DNA from: Candidatus Caldarchaeales archaeon
GTDB lineage: Archaea > Thermoproteota > Nitrososphaeria_A > Caldarchaeales > Calditenuaceae
NCBI GenBank assembly: GCA_032249095.1
Contig: JAVVGN010000015.1
Coordinates: forward strand, 1-31,684
DNA length: 31,684 nt
Direction of reading: 5' to 3'
The notes below the pieces were generated by a model that had not been told where the DNA came from, searched no databases, and saw only the letters and a program-made list of their open reading frames with translations. This document shows, piece after piece, positions 31,273 through 31,684 of this stretch. Both the position numbers and the translations under genes were made by a program. Each line of letters begins with the position of its first letter. Position 1 is the first letter of the stretch.

Positions 31273-31348
31273 TGGTGGGCGGTGCAGGAGTTGAACCTGC
31301 GCCCTCCTCCTTGTAAGGGAGGCGCTCTTCCGCCTGAGCTAACCGCCC
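31273..31348 (-). tRNA. tRNA-Val (anticodon UAC), CCA encoded
   Basis: Hand-folded cloverleaf. Acceptor GGGCGGU/ACCGCCC, D-arm GCUC/GAGC, anticodon stem CCUCC/GGAGG with loop CUUACAA, T-arm GCAGG-UUCAACU-CCUGC, then ACCA. Confidence 0.85.
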
Positions 31349-31367
31349 GATGAGTTCAATTATCGCT

Positions 31368-31679
31368 TCACAGAAGCGAAAGAGCCACTGCCTTAACCGA
31401 TTCCATAAGGAGTGTCATCGGATCATCACCTCTGCCCCCGCTGATGTGCCACTTACCGCCGCCGTTTAAATCTGGCAAAATCCATTTGAAAGTGCCATCG
31501 CTACAAAGCTGGAAATATATGTCGTTGAGCCAGCACTTGCCAATCTTAACGCATAGTCGCTTTCCGATTCCGTAATCGGCAACATAGTTGGGGCAGCCGA
31601 GTTTGCTGTATAGCTCGTCCCCCGCCGCATATAGGAAAAGTCCTTTTAGAAGCCTCTCAAGGAGATAATCAATTTCCAT
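31368..31679 (-). CDS. short array-related protein (103 aa)
   Basis: ATG at 31679. C-terminus GKWHISGGRGDDPMTLLMESVKAVALSLL matches the family tail (W.. then [DN]P then an amphipathic helix ending in aliphatic residues). Confidence 0.6.
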   Translation of the reverse strand: MEIDYLLERLLKGLFLYAAGDELYSKLGCPNYVADYGIGKRLCVKIGKCWLNDIYFQLCSDGTFKWILPDLNGGGKWHISGGRGDDPMTLLMESVKAVALSLL

Positions 31680-31684
31680 CCATA

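Overview
Almost the whole 31.7 kb window is transcribed from the minus strand: about 49 CDS and 2 tRNAs, with a single plus-strand gene at 15728-16186. No homology search was possible, so every call rests on reading the sequence and the ORF track by eye. Only a few genes are recognisable. They are a MoxR-like AAA+ ATPase (13077-14324), a metallopeptidase/VWA protein (11543-12958), an S1 serine protease (21906-22649), a dCTP-deaminase/dUTPase-fold protein (24842-25411) and a Dam-type N6-adenine methyltransferase (29399-30277). There are also small RHH, HTH and Xis-like DNA binders, a protein carrying only an IS110-type C-terminal domain, and tRNA-Arg(UCU) and tRNA-Val(UAC). No virion, ribosomal or core metabolic genes are visible, so this looks like an accessory region of a large mobile element (phage- or plasmid-like). 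The main signal is a tandem array of at least 25 highly diverged paralogous genes. Most encode 190-210 aa proteins with alignable N- and C-termini and variable middles, and I cannot assign them to any named family. The array is punctuated by two conserved intergenic elements. One is the 12-mer CTGCCGAATAAT, with at least 17 copies, all on the minus strand, and 16 of them lying 19-62 nt upstream of a start codon. The other is a 30-bp palindrome, AGAGTTAATTTCGGCGCCGAAATTAACTCT, with 6 copies in the equivalent position. The two elements share a GCCGAA(A)T(T)AA core. Three array members are interrupted, one by an in-frame TGA, one by an in-frame TAG and one by a frameshift. Other notable items are a six-copy 10-bp iteron array, a roughly 300-nt GC-rich structured intergenic region closed by a 13-bp long-range helix plus a U-tract, a G12 tract, and a 30-bp in-frame tandem duplication.
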